64,000 nt of DNA from the human T2T-CHM13v2.0 reference genome, Homo sapiens, in the NCBI RefSeq assembly GCF_009914755.1, contig NC_060930.1. The stretch is one strand, 5' to 3'. Positions 24,926 to 38,329 of this stretch are shown here, piece after piece. Positions within the stretch are counted from its first letter, which is position 1, and each line of letters begins with the position of its first letter. Made by a program: the position numbers and the translations under genes. The notes under the pieces were generated by a model that saw only the letters and a program-made list of their open reading frames with translations, ran no database searches and had not been told where the DNA came from.

Positions 24926-26870
24926 TTTACTACCTAACTAGATTATGTTCAGAGAATATGCTGTGTAAACAAAGAGATTATTTCTTTCCTACTGAGGTAT
25001 GGGCTGTATGGAAAATATAATTGAGAAATTCGAGAAATTCAAGAAATTCAGCCATGTCAAGCAACAGATAGGTGGACAAAATTATAGCAGATATTGGAAG
25101 TTAAACTGTAAACATTAAATGAACAAATGTGACAACTAAATAGCTGCCTTATTCAATTTAGTCAGCTTATCTACTTATACAGCAAAACCGTAAGTTAAAT
25201 TTATCCAACTTTCAGTAATGTTTCACTATAAAACCAAAATGAAGCTTCAATTATAAATTTGGGTAGAAAAGATAGTGAGGTTATGGCTTAGGTTCATCCT
25301 GAAAAAGACAAAATCTGCTCTGTGGTTCAAATCTATAGAAATTGTATCTTGGAGTAAGTCTCATATAAATAGAAAATCTATCTAGTTTTTATTTCTTTGT
25401 TTTTTCAATTTTATTTGGAAAATTTTCCCCAATATAGCTAATACACAAGTAAAAGTTAAGGCAAATTAGTGAGAAGATTATCAATTCTTTTCCATGGGCG
25501 GGGAGAATAGGAAATATAGCTGCACAAGTACAAATAGCATACATTTTTCGTTCATTGGAAAGACATGAATCTCAGCCTTTTCTACCACGTATTGGAGTGA
25601 AACATCAACTTACTGTCATGGGGGAGAATGGCTTCCTATATTCTATCAATCATCTGGGTGAAGAATTACAACATACTCCTATGGCTATGGCCAGTCATAA
25701 GGACCTAAATGTGGAGACAACTCATAAATAATAAACCATCCAATTATTTGACAAGGTCTTTCTATTTGCTAAGAAAACTTGCCCATCAAAATCTGTAGAG
25801 AATTGAACTATCTTCTCCAAAGGCAAAGACAAGTCAGACACTGCAGACCCTCATGTACCTCAGCTGTAAAATACATGCAATTGCAAGGTCCATCTCAGTT
25901 GACCTCTGACTCCTTAGCTTCAAGTGGCTTCTTGTTGTCATTACTGGATTGTGGTGGTTTCTTCCTTAGCTCTGTAGTACAGCTTCTTCACTCCACATGA
26001 AACATGTTTACTGCCTCTCTCCCACTTGCTGTCTTCACTGTGTGAACTGAGTCTATTTTTAGGTCCTGCCTATTCTTCTGTCTCAGTCTTGGTCCTCAGA
26101 GAAGACCACCACCCAGGTCGGAGAGCTGTCAAAACAACTCACCAGTATCTGAGGTACACTTTCCCAGTCACTGAGAAATCGACTTCCATTAAAAAGCAAA
26201 TTCGGGAAGGGAAAATGTATTTCACTGTTACATCTTTCCAAGCTTCACCATATCCCAACACAAATGAACTGGATTGTTAAATTTAAACACTGGGTCTGTA
26301 TTCCTCCAGAATCGTAGGAGGAACAGTGCCTCCCAAAAACTTTCTCAAAGTGAAGGAGAAATTGCTCTCAAATGCTAGTTATAAATGTGTAATCTGAACT
26401 CCAGCCACTCTACGGGGCAGCAGAAGAATTTATGATGTGCTAAATATTTCCTTTGTTCTTCCCAGTGGTAGCCTGCTGTAGCAATTAGAAAGCAACTGGC
26501 TCCACATAGAAACTGCTAGAATTTTCTCAAGAATTGTTGATAACTGTTCAACAGGCTCAGTGAACAGGATTTTCTTATTGTGCAGAATTCAGATTTTTAA
26601 TTTCCTTTCAAGGTCCTATTTTCTAAAATATTTTCTAAATTTTTCTTCCTTCTTCCCTGCTGCCTTTCCATTGCCCCCTTTATAAGGAGAGAAGAGAGGT
26701 CAAGATGACTGCTGTAAACCAATGGAAGCCCAAGGTCTTCGACTTCTAACACTGCAATCCTTTTTAAAGCCATATAAAGGTCCTTTGTGTTGCTATCAAA
26801 AACACCTCTGACCTCCTCTTTCTTGTTTTCATATAAAGTGACAGCTCTGTCCCATCCTTCATAAAAAGGC

Positions 26871-26894
26871 AAAAAAAAAAAAAAAAAAAAAAAA
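26871..26894. repeat. Pure A24 tract with no adjacent retroelement body
   Basis: Directly visible. Confidence 0.95.
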
Positions 26895-27001
26895 CCCTGC
26901 CAATACCATCCTTCTTCAGAAGCCAGACACTATTAATCATCAGCAGGAGGCAGTATGGCTTCAATTAGCTACACAGTGTTCAATAAATTCTCAGTTATTC
27001 T

Positions 27002-27003
<2 letters not shown>

Positions 27004-27035
<32 letters not shown>

Positions 27036-27044
27036 TGGTGGTGG
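27004..27044. repeat. Compound (GT)n(GGT)n microsatellite
   Basis: Directly visible. Confidence 0.95.
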
Positions 27045-27049
27045 CCTTA

Positions 27050-27228
27050 GTGCTGGACAATGTTCTATCTGCTTTACATGGATTAATTCTGTGAAGATGG
27101 TGCTATTACTATGCCCATTTCAGAACTGAAGAGATAGAAATACAGAAAAGCTAAATAATGTGCTCAAAATCACACAGCTCATTAGTGGCAGAGCTGAAAA
27201 TAGTTCCAAAGTAAAGGTCCCTGACTGA
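27050..27228 (-). mobile_element. MIR
   Basis: tgctttacatggattaattc...tgctcaaaatcacacagctcattagtggcagagctg. Confidence 0.75.
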
Positions 27229-27261
27229 GAGAGCAAATGTCTTTGAAAGGCAATTTGGCAG

Positions 27262-27475
27262 CATGGGTGAGGGCCAGATTGTAACATCTGCCACTCACTC
27301 AGGCTATGTAATCCCAAGCAAGTTACATAACCTCTGTGTGCCTCAGATTCATGGTCTACATAATGGAGTAACAGTAGTAACCAGCTCACAGAGTGTTTGT
27401 GAAGATTAAATGAGAAATACATATTAAGCGCTTAGAACAGTGCTAGGCATATGTTAAGCACTATGTAGAGGTTAT
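27262..27475 (+). mobile_element. MIR
   Basis: gcaagttacataacctctgtgtgcctcag...gtgaagattaaatgag...gcgcttagaacagtgc. Confidence 0.8.
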
Positions 27476-28106
27476 GTTTTATAATCCACACCAGTTTTTC
27501 AAAGAGTAAGTCTTAGTATATACAGAAAATTAGCTGCCTCGGTATCTCCACTCTCTTTATTTAATAGGTATGACTCACCAAGCTAGTTGGAAGAGATGAG
27601 ATGAATGAGATACCGTATCTAACCTGAGGTGTATAATGGTTTCATGAAATAAAAATATGTACACAAATTATAGGAAAATATAATACATACTCTAATACAT
27701 GCAGGTTAAGTTTTTTACATGACAGAGGGAGTGTGAACTCCACCTTTCAGATGGAGAGATGTTTAGGAAAGGCTTCTAAAAAATTGGAGCCATAATCCTA
27801 TGTATTATGAATGTGATTAGGACACTTTCAAAGATAAGCATTGAAGGAAGAGGAGGAATTAGCTGTAAGTGGGGTAGGAAATCCCAGGATTGGGAACAGC
27901 ATAGGAAAGGCGGAAAGGAAGGAAGGCATGGTGGATGCAGGAAATCGCTTGGTAACGAAGTATGTGTGTGTTTGGATATTGAACAAAGCAGGGAAGATGT
28001 GACTAGAGACTTTCAGAGCCCAATTCATGCACTGTTGCCATTATTCTCCTGAAGGGCCACCCTGATCAAGACTCTCCCCTATTAAAAGACCTCAGCATTT
28101 CTCCAG

Positions 28107-28571
28107 TGCTGTGGTTTGAATTGTGTTCCCTCCAAAATTTGTGTTGAAATCCTAAACCCCGGTACCTCAGAATGTGTTTGAAAATAAGGTTATTGTAGAT
28201 ATAATTAGTCAAGTCAGGATGAGTTCTACTGGAGCTGAGTGGGTCTGTAATCCAATATGACTGCTGTCCCTATAAAAGGGAGAAATTTGAACAGAGACAC
28301 ACTCACAGGGAGAATGCCATATGAAGATGAAGGCAAAGATTAGGGTGAGGCATCTACAAGCCAAGAAATGCCAAAGATTGCCAGCAAACCACAAGGAGCT
28401 AGGAGAGAAGCAGGGAACAGATTCTCCCTCAGAGCCTCCAGAAGGAACTAACCCTGTAAAAACTTAGATGTTGGACTTCTAGACTCCATAACTGTGAGGC
28501 AATAAATTTCCATTGTTTAAGTCACCCAGTTTGTGGATACTTCTTACCAGCAGTCCTAGCAAACCAATACA
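28107..28571 (+). mobile_element. MLT1C-type MaLR solo LTR
   Basis: tgctgtggtttgaattgtgttccc...tataaaagg...caagccaagaaatgccaaagattgccagcaaacc...aataaatttcc...aaaccaataca. Confidence 0.88.
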
Positions 28572-29239
28572 CCCACCAGCACAACATTTTTACTGCATTT
28601 TTAAATTTTTTTCCTTGGATTTTCTAAGATAACATACCAGGTTGCGAATTGGTAAGGAATGTGGGAAATTAATAGGGAGGTAAGAGGACTATACCTACCC
28701 TAGCTTTCTTCTTGACATTCAAGAATGTTATGCTTCCTTCTCCGGCTGATGAGAAGCACTACAGCACTTACTACTCTGAGAACACACTCTTTATTCTCTT
28801 GCATCCTTGCCTTGATTCTTAATTTTTTCTTACATATAGAACATATTTTCTTGCCATGTAATTATTGCTCAGATTTCTTTGACTCATTCTCAAAAACCCA
28901 GCTGAAGTGTTCCCTCTTCTACAAAGCATTTATCTGAGACTGGCTCTTATATTTTCTTTTTTTTTTTCTTTATGGTGCTTTAAATCATCTGTCATGTACC
29001 AGACAAATCAGCAAGTCTTCTACTTGTCTTCTGACTCTGAACAAAATGTGCAATCCTTTAAAGCAGGGACAATAAGTATTTCATTCTTCATTTATTCTAG
29101 AAATTATTATTATGGTATTTGACTTATGGTAAATGTTTGCATATTCATTGTACTTTGTAGTGAAACTCTAGTGAGCATAATTAGTGATTCATTCAGTAAT
29201 TTAGTTCTGCATTATTGTGGTTGGAGTCCAATTAGACAT

Positions 29240-30135
29240 ATGTTATTCCAGCTAACATTGTCCGTTGTTTGCTGATAGCCTGTTTCTTTAATTTTATAAT
29301 ACCTGTTTTAATATTCTTATGTACTAATTCTGTCATCTTTTCATTGCTGGGTCTGTTTCTATTGACTGATCTTTCTCCTCATTATGGCTTTTATTATCCT
29401 GCTACTTTGCTTGTTTGATAAGTTTTGATTGGATGCCAAAGATTGTAAATTTTGTTTTTGAGTGCCGGATTTTTTTTGTATTTTAAAAAATGATTTAATC
29501 TCTGTTCTGGCATACAGATGAATTTTAGGAATCAGTTTTAAGATTTGCTTTTAGGCTTTACTACGTTGGGTCCAGAATAGCTTTTAATTAGAGATACTTT
29601 ATCTTCACTACTGATGCAATACCTTTGGAGGATTCTGTCTCATGAACTAGGTCTCTGAATTCTTGCTGAAAACACAACCCATTCCCTCCCTTGTGTGAGC
29701 TTTGGAGTCATTTATCCAGATATTTCTTTCCAGTGGTTCTTTCTCTGGATTCTGGCATTTTCCTCTAATGTATATATGGTACTCAGCCAAAGATTTAAGG
29801 AAGCTCCTCTGTAGATTTCTGGAGCTCTCTTTCTGTCCAGATCCCTTTGCTCTGAGTCTGCCACTTGAATCCTAGCTGCCTTAACCTCCTCAGACTACCA
29901 ACTCTGTCTCATCTCAACAAGATCACTAGGCTCTCTTTGGGTTCATTCTCCCTGTACTATGGCCTAAAACCTCTCTTAGGCAGATAATTGGAGTCACTTC
30001 ATTTGTTTTGCTTCTCCTAGGAATCACTGACTTGTGGTATCTCTTGTCTACCTCTTGAAAATCATGGTTTTAGAGATTTCGTCTAGTTTTCCAGTTATTT
30101 TAGGCAGAAAGGTAAATTTAATCTCAGTTACTCTA
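29240..30135 (-). mobile_element. Old L1M 5'/ORF1-region remnant
   Basis: gggtctgtttctattgactg...ttttgattggatgcca...tactcagccaaagatttaagg. Confidence 0.55.
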
Positions 30136-30200
30136 CAAAAGCCTGCAAAATGGCTACAATGTGGTATTTGTAAACATTAATTAGAAAGTACTGTAAAGAG

Positions 30201-30475
30201 AAACAGAAAATAAAATACTACATGTTCTTACTTATAAGCTGAGGCTAAACAATGGATACATATGTTCATAAAGACGGAAATAATAGACACTGGTAACTCT
30301 GAAAAAGTGGAAGGTGGGAGGGGGGCAAAGTTTGAAAAGCTACCTATTGGGTACTTTGTTCATTATTTGGGTGATGGGTTCATTAGAAGCCCAAACCTCA
30401 ATATCATGCAATATATCCATGTAATAAACCAAGACATACACCCCATGAATCCAAAATTAAATTAAACTTAAAAGA
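30201..30475 (+). mobile_element. L1PA16/L1PA17-type 3' end, 5'-truncated
   Basis: ctacctattgggtac...atttgggtgatgggttcattagaagcccaaacctc. Perfect 18-bp TSD agaaagtactgtaaagag at 30183-30200 and 30476-30493. Confidence 0.85.
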
Positions 30476-30543
30476 AGAAAGTACTGTAAAGAGTACCATG
30501 ACTGAAGCTAAATAAATTTGCTGTTTTGTGTGAAGATCTGCCA

Positions 30544-30767
30544 TTATTATTTTTTCTTTTTATTTAACTTTTATTTTAAGTTCAGGGTTACAAGTGCAGG
30601 TTCGTTGTACAGGTTAATTTGTGTCATAAAGATCTGTTGTACAGATTATTTTATCATCCAGGTATTAAGCTTACTACCCATTAGTTATTTTTCCTGATCC
30701 TCTCCCTCCTCCCACCCATCACCCTCCAAAAGGCCCCAGTGTGTGTTGTTCTCCTCTATGTGTCCAT
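30544..30767 (-). mobile_element. L1PA13/L1PREC2-type 3' end
   Basis: ttttaagttcaggg...gtacagattattttatcatccaggtattaagc...cctgatcctctccctcctcccacc. Confidence 0.82.
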
Positions 30768-30884
30768 CTCTTAACTAATAGTAAACGCTGTAAGAACAAT
30801 ATTGCGTCTGAATCTTTCATTTTATATTTGTTCCTCTGGAAGGAATATTTTTAAAAGTTTGGGTGAGAGATCTGCAAGAAATGG

Positions 30885-31045
30885 ATCAACATAGGACTTT
30901 GGAGTCATACACACCTATATTCTAATCCTAATCTTCTCCCTCAGGTAGCATAACCTATGGCTACTTACCCTCTCAGCCCCTTTCTTCAATTGTGAAACAG
31001 AAGCTAACACAATAATTCCACCCGATTATTGTGAGGATTAAATGT
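30885..31045 (+). mobile_element. MIR
   Basis: ggactttggagtca...ttgtgaggattaaatg. Confidence 0.6.
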
Positions 31046-31804
31046 CTACTACTTCTCTGCAGATTTTATGGTGAATCTATTCTGAGGTCCATGCAACATG
31101 ATGGATCAAGAATTGCATGTGAGGTTCTTGTCTAATCTACCCCATGATAAGCAAAAGTAAATTTCCTTACACTTTCTCTTCCCCTACAAATAACAGGGAA
31201 TTTATTATATTGGGAATGCAAGAGAATTGAAGTTCCAATGTCTGCCAACCTCCCAGATTTTGGGTGATTTTTCCAGACACTTCTTTGCTCAAATGAATAG
31301 ACAAATAAACTTGGTTCAACTACATTACCATTCTGGCTTAAATATGAGTCCAAAAGTACCATGATGAATTAGTCCATTTTTCATTTTGACAGGCTTTCTT
31401 CATATCATTTCTAAACTCTTCTTCCAGGAACCTCGCATATGATTTTGCTTATACTTAAGCCAATATTTCTCATACCTTTTATTCTCTGCTTTGCCAGCTC
31501 CTCCTATGAACAAATCCTTTACTGGGCTTCCCCCAGAATTCATTTGTGACACCTATGCAATATGCAAATAATTCCCAAATAGTCACTTTAGCTCTGCCTT
31601 TGAATTTTTGCTAATACTATTTAGTTACCTTTTATTGGAGGTTTATTCCTTGATATCTCATTGCTTTCACCATTTCCACGCTATAATTCTAGTCACAAAG
31701 ATTCACACATTCTCCTTTAACATAGTTATTTAAATTCTCACACTACCATTCCATGACAATTACTCCTCTATAAGAACTCACTCATAGAAATGTTTTTCTC
31801 ACTA

Positions 31805-32051
31805 GTAGTGTTTATGATAAAGTGTAAAGAGCATAGAATTTGCTGACCAAAATATTTGAGTTTGAATTCCTGTCGCAGCACATTATGGCCGGGGTGAATT
31901 CCTTAAACTCTCTCAGGGACCATTTAGCCATCTGTAAAACAAGAATAATAATATTGAACTCATAGAGTTGTTATAAAAATTAAAATTAGATAATCTGTGA
32001 AGTGCTTAGCAGAGGAATTGTCATACAGAGGATGTTCAATGACTGTTAGCT
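31805..32051 (+). mobile_element. MIR (near full length)
   Basis: gagtttgaattcctg...catctgtaaaac...tcatagagttgttat...gaagtgcttagc. Confidence 0.75.
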
Positions 32052-32230
32052 TGCTCCCATACTGCATATTTCTAAATCCCAAAGCCTCATGCTTGCACAT
32101 TGGTAAAAAATAACTTTCTGGTATTTTCTTCACTTCCAGTTTTTTCTTCTTTTCTATTTTTATTAGCAGAGAATATTCCTCCTGAGCAAGGCTGTCAAGG
32201 ATCGAAGAGATATGTAAACATTGTTATGCG

Positions 32231-32700
32231 TGTATATCAGTTAGGATGCCCTTGGCTATAAGTAAAACTATTCAAGCTTCAACAGTAAAGCTTAAACAGA
32301 ATTAGTTGATGTAATAAAAAAGGTCAGAGATAGTGCAGGCTTCTGGGACGGTGGATTTTGTAAGTTATTTCCATATCTCTTTTTCTCCAACAACAGTGTT
32401 GATTTCATCCCAAAATAGCTCCTCTGGTGTTGGAAATTGAGGCCATAGGCTTCTCCCTCCTCCTTGTCCAACAGGAAAGATAAATTAGTTTCCTATACCT
32501 TTATTGGCTTCCAGCAGAAATTTCCTTTCATGTAATTGTCCAGAATTGGGTCATAAGCCCCTTTCTTCAAAAAACTATTGGCAAGGGAGAATAGGGTTAC
32601 CATCAACCAGGCTGACCCACTCCTTGAGCAGAAGAACATTCCTCACACTGTGCTGCTGCTGTTTGGCAGAGGAAAGGCAGAAGGGATGTTGGGAGTCCGT
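32231..32700 (-). mobile_element. Old MaLR LTR (MLT1K/L-like)
   Basis: tgtatatcagttaggatgc...ggctataagta...ccagaattgggtcat...ggcaagggaga. Confidence 0.6.
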
Positions 32701-32709
32701 TGTGATATT

Positions 32710-32830
32710 TACTGTCTGTCTTCATGAGGGAAGGGGCTTGTTTTGTCTGCTCTGTTCACTGCTGAACTCTAGTACCTTGAACAGTGACTGACATGTAGAA
32801 AGCATCCAGTAAATATTTGTTAAGTGAATA
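32710..32830 (+). mobile_element. L2 3' end
   Basis: catgagggaagggg...tgttcactgctg...aacagtgactgacatgtag...taaatatttgttaagtgaat. Confidence 0.7.
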
Positions 32831-33244
32831 TTAATTACTGCCATTGGATGACTCCATATTTCTTGTAACTCTATTGCTTCTCATATCAATGCCAATAAAT
32901 ACTTGCTGAATAAGCTCCCCATCAAAAACCTCCATGTGCACACTTATAATCTTTCCACTTATGGAGGCTCACTTTCTTCTCCATGTCTAACTTCTCTTAT
33001 TTCCCATCACACACTAAGATGGGGCTCTGAACTTGACTGGAGTTTATGAATCTTTATGTGCTTTTCTTTTGTGTATTTCCAAAGTCGGAATGATTCTTGT
33101 GGCATACAGAATCATTCAAGTGGCATAGAGATTATTGAGTAGAAGAGACACTATTAATAAGCCAAATGATGTTGTTTTAATGCCAATTACATAGAATATT
33201 AAAACTCTAGCATATACCAGATAGACATGAGTAACTCACCTAAC

Positions 33245-33340
33245 CTTCAGATTCTCCCTTTCCCAAACATTCTGATTTAGGTCTGAAGTAGTGCTGAAAA
33301 ATCTTCATTTTTATTAAATATTCCAAATTATTCTGATGAG
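33245..33340. mobile_element. MER5-like hAT fragment
   Basis: attctgatttaggtctg...atcttcatttttattaaatattccaaattattctgatg. Confidence 0.45.
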
Positions 33341-34600
33341 AGTTAGATATATAAAATTCGGCTGAATGAGTAGCATTTAACTAACCTCTTCTCATTCCAT
33401 CAATATAAGAATAAAGAAGGAAGATTTAATGCCCAATGCTAAATGAATGAGTGAATGAATGTCTCCAACTCTATGAGTGACTGCTATGCAGAATTACTGG
33501 AGTATTAAAAATATATATTAAAAAGGGGCAGGCATGAACAGGTGAGGGGAAGAGCAAGGAGAAGAGATACCAGATAGGGAGGCTGAGTTCTGATTGGGAA
33601 GGGTCTTGAATGCTGTGCTAAGGGGTTTGGATTCTTCTGAAATCCATGGAATTTCTTGAAGGTGCCTGAGCAGGAAGTAACACAATATAATTTGTGTTGT
33701 AGAAAGCTGATTTTGTCTGCATGTGATGGATTGGCCAGAAAAAGAAAGCCGTAGGCACAGAGGAGGATCACACGTGATCAAAAACCACAAATGGCTTCTT
33801 CATGACACAGGGGCAGGTGAGGCCCCTGAGGCTTGAAGGCTGCTATACCATGAATCAACATAAAGCAGGTATTGTGAGCAATTGCCTATGATTTCCACTT
33901 GGAGTCAAAATGATTCATCTCCATAAGACACTTGACCTCTAGTAGCTCAGTCCAGAAAATAAGGTTCTCAAGCATGAGACACTCTGTGTTAGGGCCCAAA
34001 ATACAAAGGCAGCACAAGAAAACTTTTTTTCCCACTTATGGTATGATGAAAATTACAGATTAAACCTAGAAACTTATAAAATGCAGCAGATATTTTATAT
34101 TAGCAATATGTCATTAGCATAATTTTAAAGAAAAAAAGGTCCACACACTGAAAGAATGACTGAGACATATTATTGAAATGTGGAACTTAAATTGGAAGAG
34201 AGACTCGATTCTCTGGCGCTGGCAGCATCAGGGGTCAGGTGTGAGGAAAGCCCTGGTGTTTTATACTTAGGGTGAAAGAAATAGGCCATTAAGGGTGGCC
34301 AGGAAACAGCCTTTCCCTTCATAGTGGAAATGCTCTCTGCCTTTGCCACATATTGTTATTGACATTTCTCTTTTCTCATCTTTCCAAAGAGTCCACTTGC
34401 TGGACAAAATGCTAGATGGTAAAATTGGAGTCACTGGAGTTAGTTCTTTCCTTTGGAGTGGAACCAAGGGAACGAAGCAAACTGATTCTGTACCCAGAAA
34501 GAAGTCAACCTGAAGAGCTAAAAGTTATCAGGAAGACAGAGAATATTGGATGAGACATGAGCTATTTTTCCTATCCTCTGAAAGATTAAAGACAACTTTT

Positions 34601-34704
34601 GCTTGAACCCAGGAAGCGGAGGTTGAGGTGAGCCAAGATCACGTCACTGCACGTCAGCCTGGGCTACACAGCGAGACTTTGTCTCAAAAAAAAAAAAAAA
34701 AAAA
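34601..34704 (+). mobile_element. Severely 5'-truncated Alu (end of right arm) with A19 tail
   Basis: gcttgaacccaggaagcggaggttg...gagactttgtctc(A)n. Imperfect TSD aaagacaactttt / aaagactttt. Confidence 0.9.
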
Positions 34705-34877
34705 GACTTTCTTTTAAAATCTAACCCAATGCAGCAGCTGATTCTCTCCTCCCTCTCTCTTCCCCTACCTTCTTTATCCCCTCTTTTCTCCCCTGGCAAA
34801 ACAATTCCACCCAAGCCCTCCCACACAACTTGCACATCCAGTCTCTTGAGGTTTTTACCAAAAACAAAAAGTTCTAA

Positions 34878-35180
<303 letters not shown>

Positions 35181-35833
35181 AGGTTCTGAATTTGAAAGGA
35201 AAGGATACTTTTTTCCTCTTACCGTTGTATCTGCATAACTCTGTTATTTTACCTACTTTTCCTTTGTTTTTGCTATCAGTAAAAACAGAATTAAAAGACA
35301 GCAAAGTGGGGAGAGCAGTATTTTCATAGTGATATCTGCCCCTCGTGGGACCAAGAGGGAGGCTCAGGATTTCTTTCTCAAGTGTTCTTCAGTGTGTTTA
35401 CTCCATACCGGCTGCTGTGGTGGGGTGCTGGCACCTCTGTACTCAAAAAAGTGCACTCATCCATACATCTCACATTCTGAACGTTGAAATTTCAATTTAG
35501 GGTTTCATAGGGGGTCCTTGAGCAACTTTTCCCCATGGTTCTAACAACTGTCATGTGAATATATTACCTCTAAAAATTGTTGAAAAGATGATAAATTAGG
35601 AGAGTTTTTTCCAGGGTTGAACCACTTTTTTGGCTGTCTCCAGCCACGATCCTGCCTATGTCCCAATCATGAAAGAAAGCGTGCATTGAGTCTATACCTG
35701 AAATGACTCTAGCTCTAATGTGTCAAGCCACAGGGTAGAGAAGAATCCATCAAGCAGTCTTGTACTTGGGGTTTGAATAGCAAAAGCAAACCAACTGTGG
35801 AATCCAAAATGGGAGTGAAAGATAAAGAAGTGG

Positions 35834-36833
35834 CAGGGCCAGCTACTTAATTTGTGGGGCCCAGCACACACTGAAAATGCAGGATCCCTTGCTCAAAAAG
35901 CAGGAAAAAGTGCCATTAAAAGGACTAAAATATAGAGCTTTTTCTTTCTTCTGTATTCTCTCTCTAAACTTACCTTGGTGTTTGTGATTTAGTGTTGTTC
36001 TAAGTAAAGTTAAAAATTTAAATTATTAACATGAATTTTGCCATTAATCTTTATAAGGTGCAATGCAAGTTTTAAATGCAAATGTAAAAGTATTTAACTC
36101 ACATGCAGAATCACTGAAATTACACAGTTTGTATTTCATAGCTCTTACATGTCAGTGTATTTCATTCTTACCACAACAGTGGGAGTGCTTCGCAAAACTA
36201 ACACATACACCACGAACACTGTTTTTTTATTTCACTTGTTGATATGCATACATTCTTACCAACACCTTCTACCCTCAGCTTACCAATGGTACTAAGGAAT
36301 CACTAGAAAGAAAAGAACCTATGGGTTCCCCCATCTTTCCCGTTTCTTCTAGATCAGCATTTTTAGTATAAGCACTTGGTTAACACAGGGAGGAAACACA
36401 AGTAAGAAAATATATGGAAGAGTTCTTTAGCAATTGTGTTTTTTAAAACATCCTTGCCTTCTTTCTGCATTCAAGACATGTTCTGATTCTAAGGAAAATT
36501 ATGCCCTCTTAGGGCTATTGAGTCTAGACATAACGTGCTTACCTGAGTATAGCCATGATGTGCTTACCTTGTACTCAAGAGTCTCACTGAACTCTCATGC
36601 ATTGTGAACCCACTGGAATTCTTGTTCATGGGCGTCAAGGAGCAGTGTACCTGCATATTGAGCATATCTCTGCTCTAATGTGCATGTTCAATTGTCTCAT
36701 AAGACTTCATTTATAAAACATAAGTTCAAAAATAAAAGTCTTGAGAATTTCAAGATGGAGACACAGAGCATTATACTAAGCGTGGGGATCTGTGCACCTG
36801 CACAGAAGATGCTTGCCCAGGAAGCCGGCCCTG
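35834..36833 (-). mobile_element. MER45B-type hAT-Tip100 non-autonomous DNA transposon, both ends present (1.0 kb)
   Basis: TIRs cagggccagct / agccggccctg (10/11 match). The right end reverse-complemented matches the MER45 5' end (cagggccggcttc...aatgctctg...tcttgaaattct). Confidence 0.82.
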
Positions 36834-36902
36834 TGGGAAGCACATTCTGCCTTATCCTTCCCATTGCTGCCCCAGTTATCCTCATTGGTGGGCACCAGCT
36901 AG

Positions 36903-37258
<356 letters not shown>

Positions 37259-38329
37259 GTAGTTCTTCCCACTTTTCAACATTTTTTTCCTCTTCATCCC
37301 AGAATCAGGCTCTTCCCGTACTGACTGGAAATATTCAGCTTCATCTGTACCTGCAAAAATGAGTTGTGGTGGTTTGAGGAAAAGACTCCCATGCTAGTAG
37401 ACCTTCTTCAGGAGATATTTGGGAAATAGCAACTCTCATATGTTGAAGATAAAGAGTATTCTGTCATGTTTTTGGACTGTGCGCTGTGTTTGGAATCACT
37501 CCTATCAATATAGGTAATGAGGAGCTGCAAAAAATTTAAAATCGGAAAGGAAATCAAAAAGTTAGGAAATATTTCATTTTGGCAAAGTCCTTCTGGCATA
37601 TAGCATGGAGTTCAATTGGAGGAATTTATAATAATAAATCATAGAGGCTAGCTAAAAGGAAGCCATTGCTACAGCCCTTTGTAAAATGACAGTGTTGCCC
37701 AACACTCTGGTACTAAATAACCCTATGATTCACTGATTTCACTTATGCAGTGGGTATAGCACAGTCAAGACTTATTTGGTTGACAGCTTCAGGACTAAGG
37801 AAAATATCTCCCAAATAGAAGCAGCTGATGGCAGAAAGGAGACAGAAGCCAGGAATCTCTTTAAGGGGCTTGAGAGAAGAGGATGCCTGAGCCAGTAGGC
37901 CTCGTCTTCACAAAATCACCTGGCAGCTGGGACCCTCAGGAGGTAACACAAGCTTGGGGGTGGTGCTGGAGCTTGTCGTGTTGAAAAACACAGAGACTCT
38001 CTTGGGATATAAGTTTTTCAAGCCTAGCCCATCTCTGCCTCACTTCTAGATTGGTTTCTTCTGCAGTGCTTTCCCACTCCCCCAAAATGACTCAATCTGA
38101 AGATGGGAGAAAGTTGGCAGAGAAACCCATGACTGTTCCCTACAAAATCTGCACATCCTCATCAGTTCTTAAGAGCTTGCTTTCCTGCCCAGATGACTGA
38201 ATTAATTGAATTCTTCATTCCATCCTATTTAGATCAGGGAGGAATCCTATTAGCAGAAACTTTTCCATGTAAATACGGACATAATCTACCCAGGTTTTCT
38301 GTTTTTGTTCTTGGTTTGTTTGGGGGATT

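Noticed and set aside
26674-26779. Two CArG-like boxes (cctttataagg, ccatataaagg)
   Set aside because: Both have seven rather than six central A/T bases, so they are not canonical SRF sites.
35337-35348. CTCF-like motif ccacgaggggca (minus strand), also cagggggcac near 45952
   Set aside because: The first is one base short in the core and the second lacks the 5' CCAC/CCAG portion.
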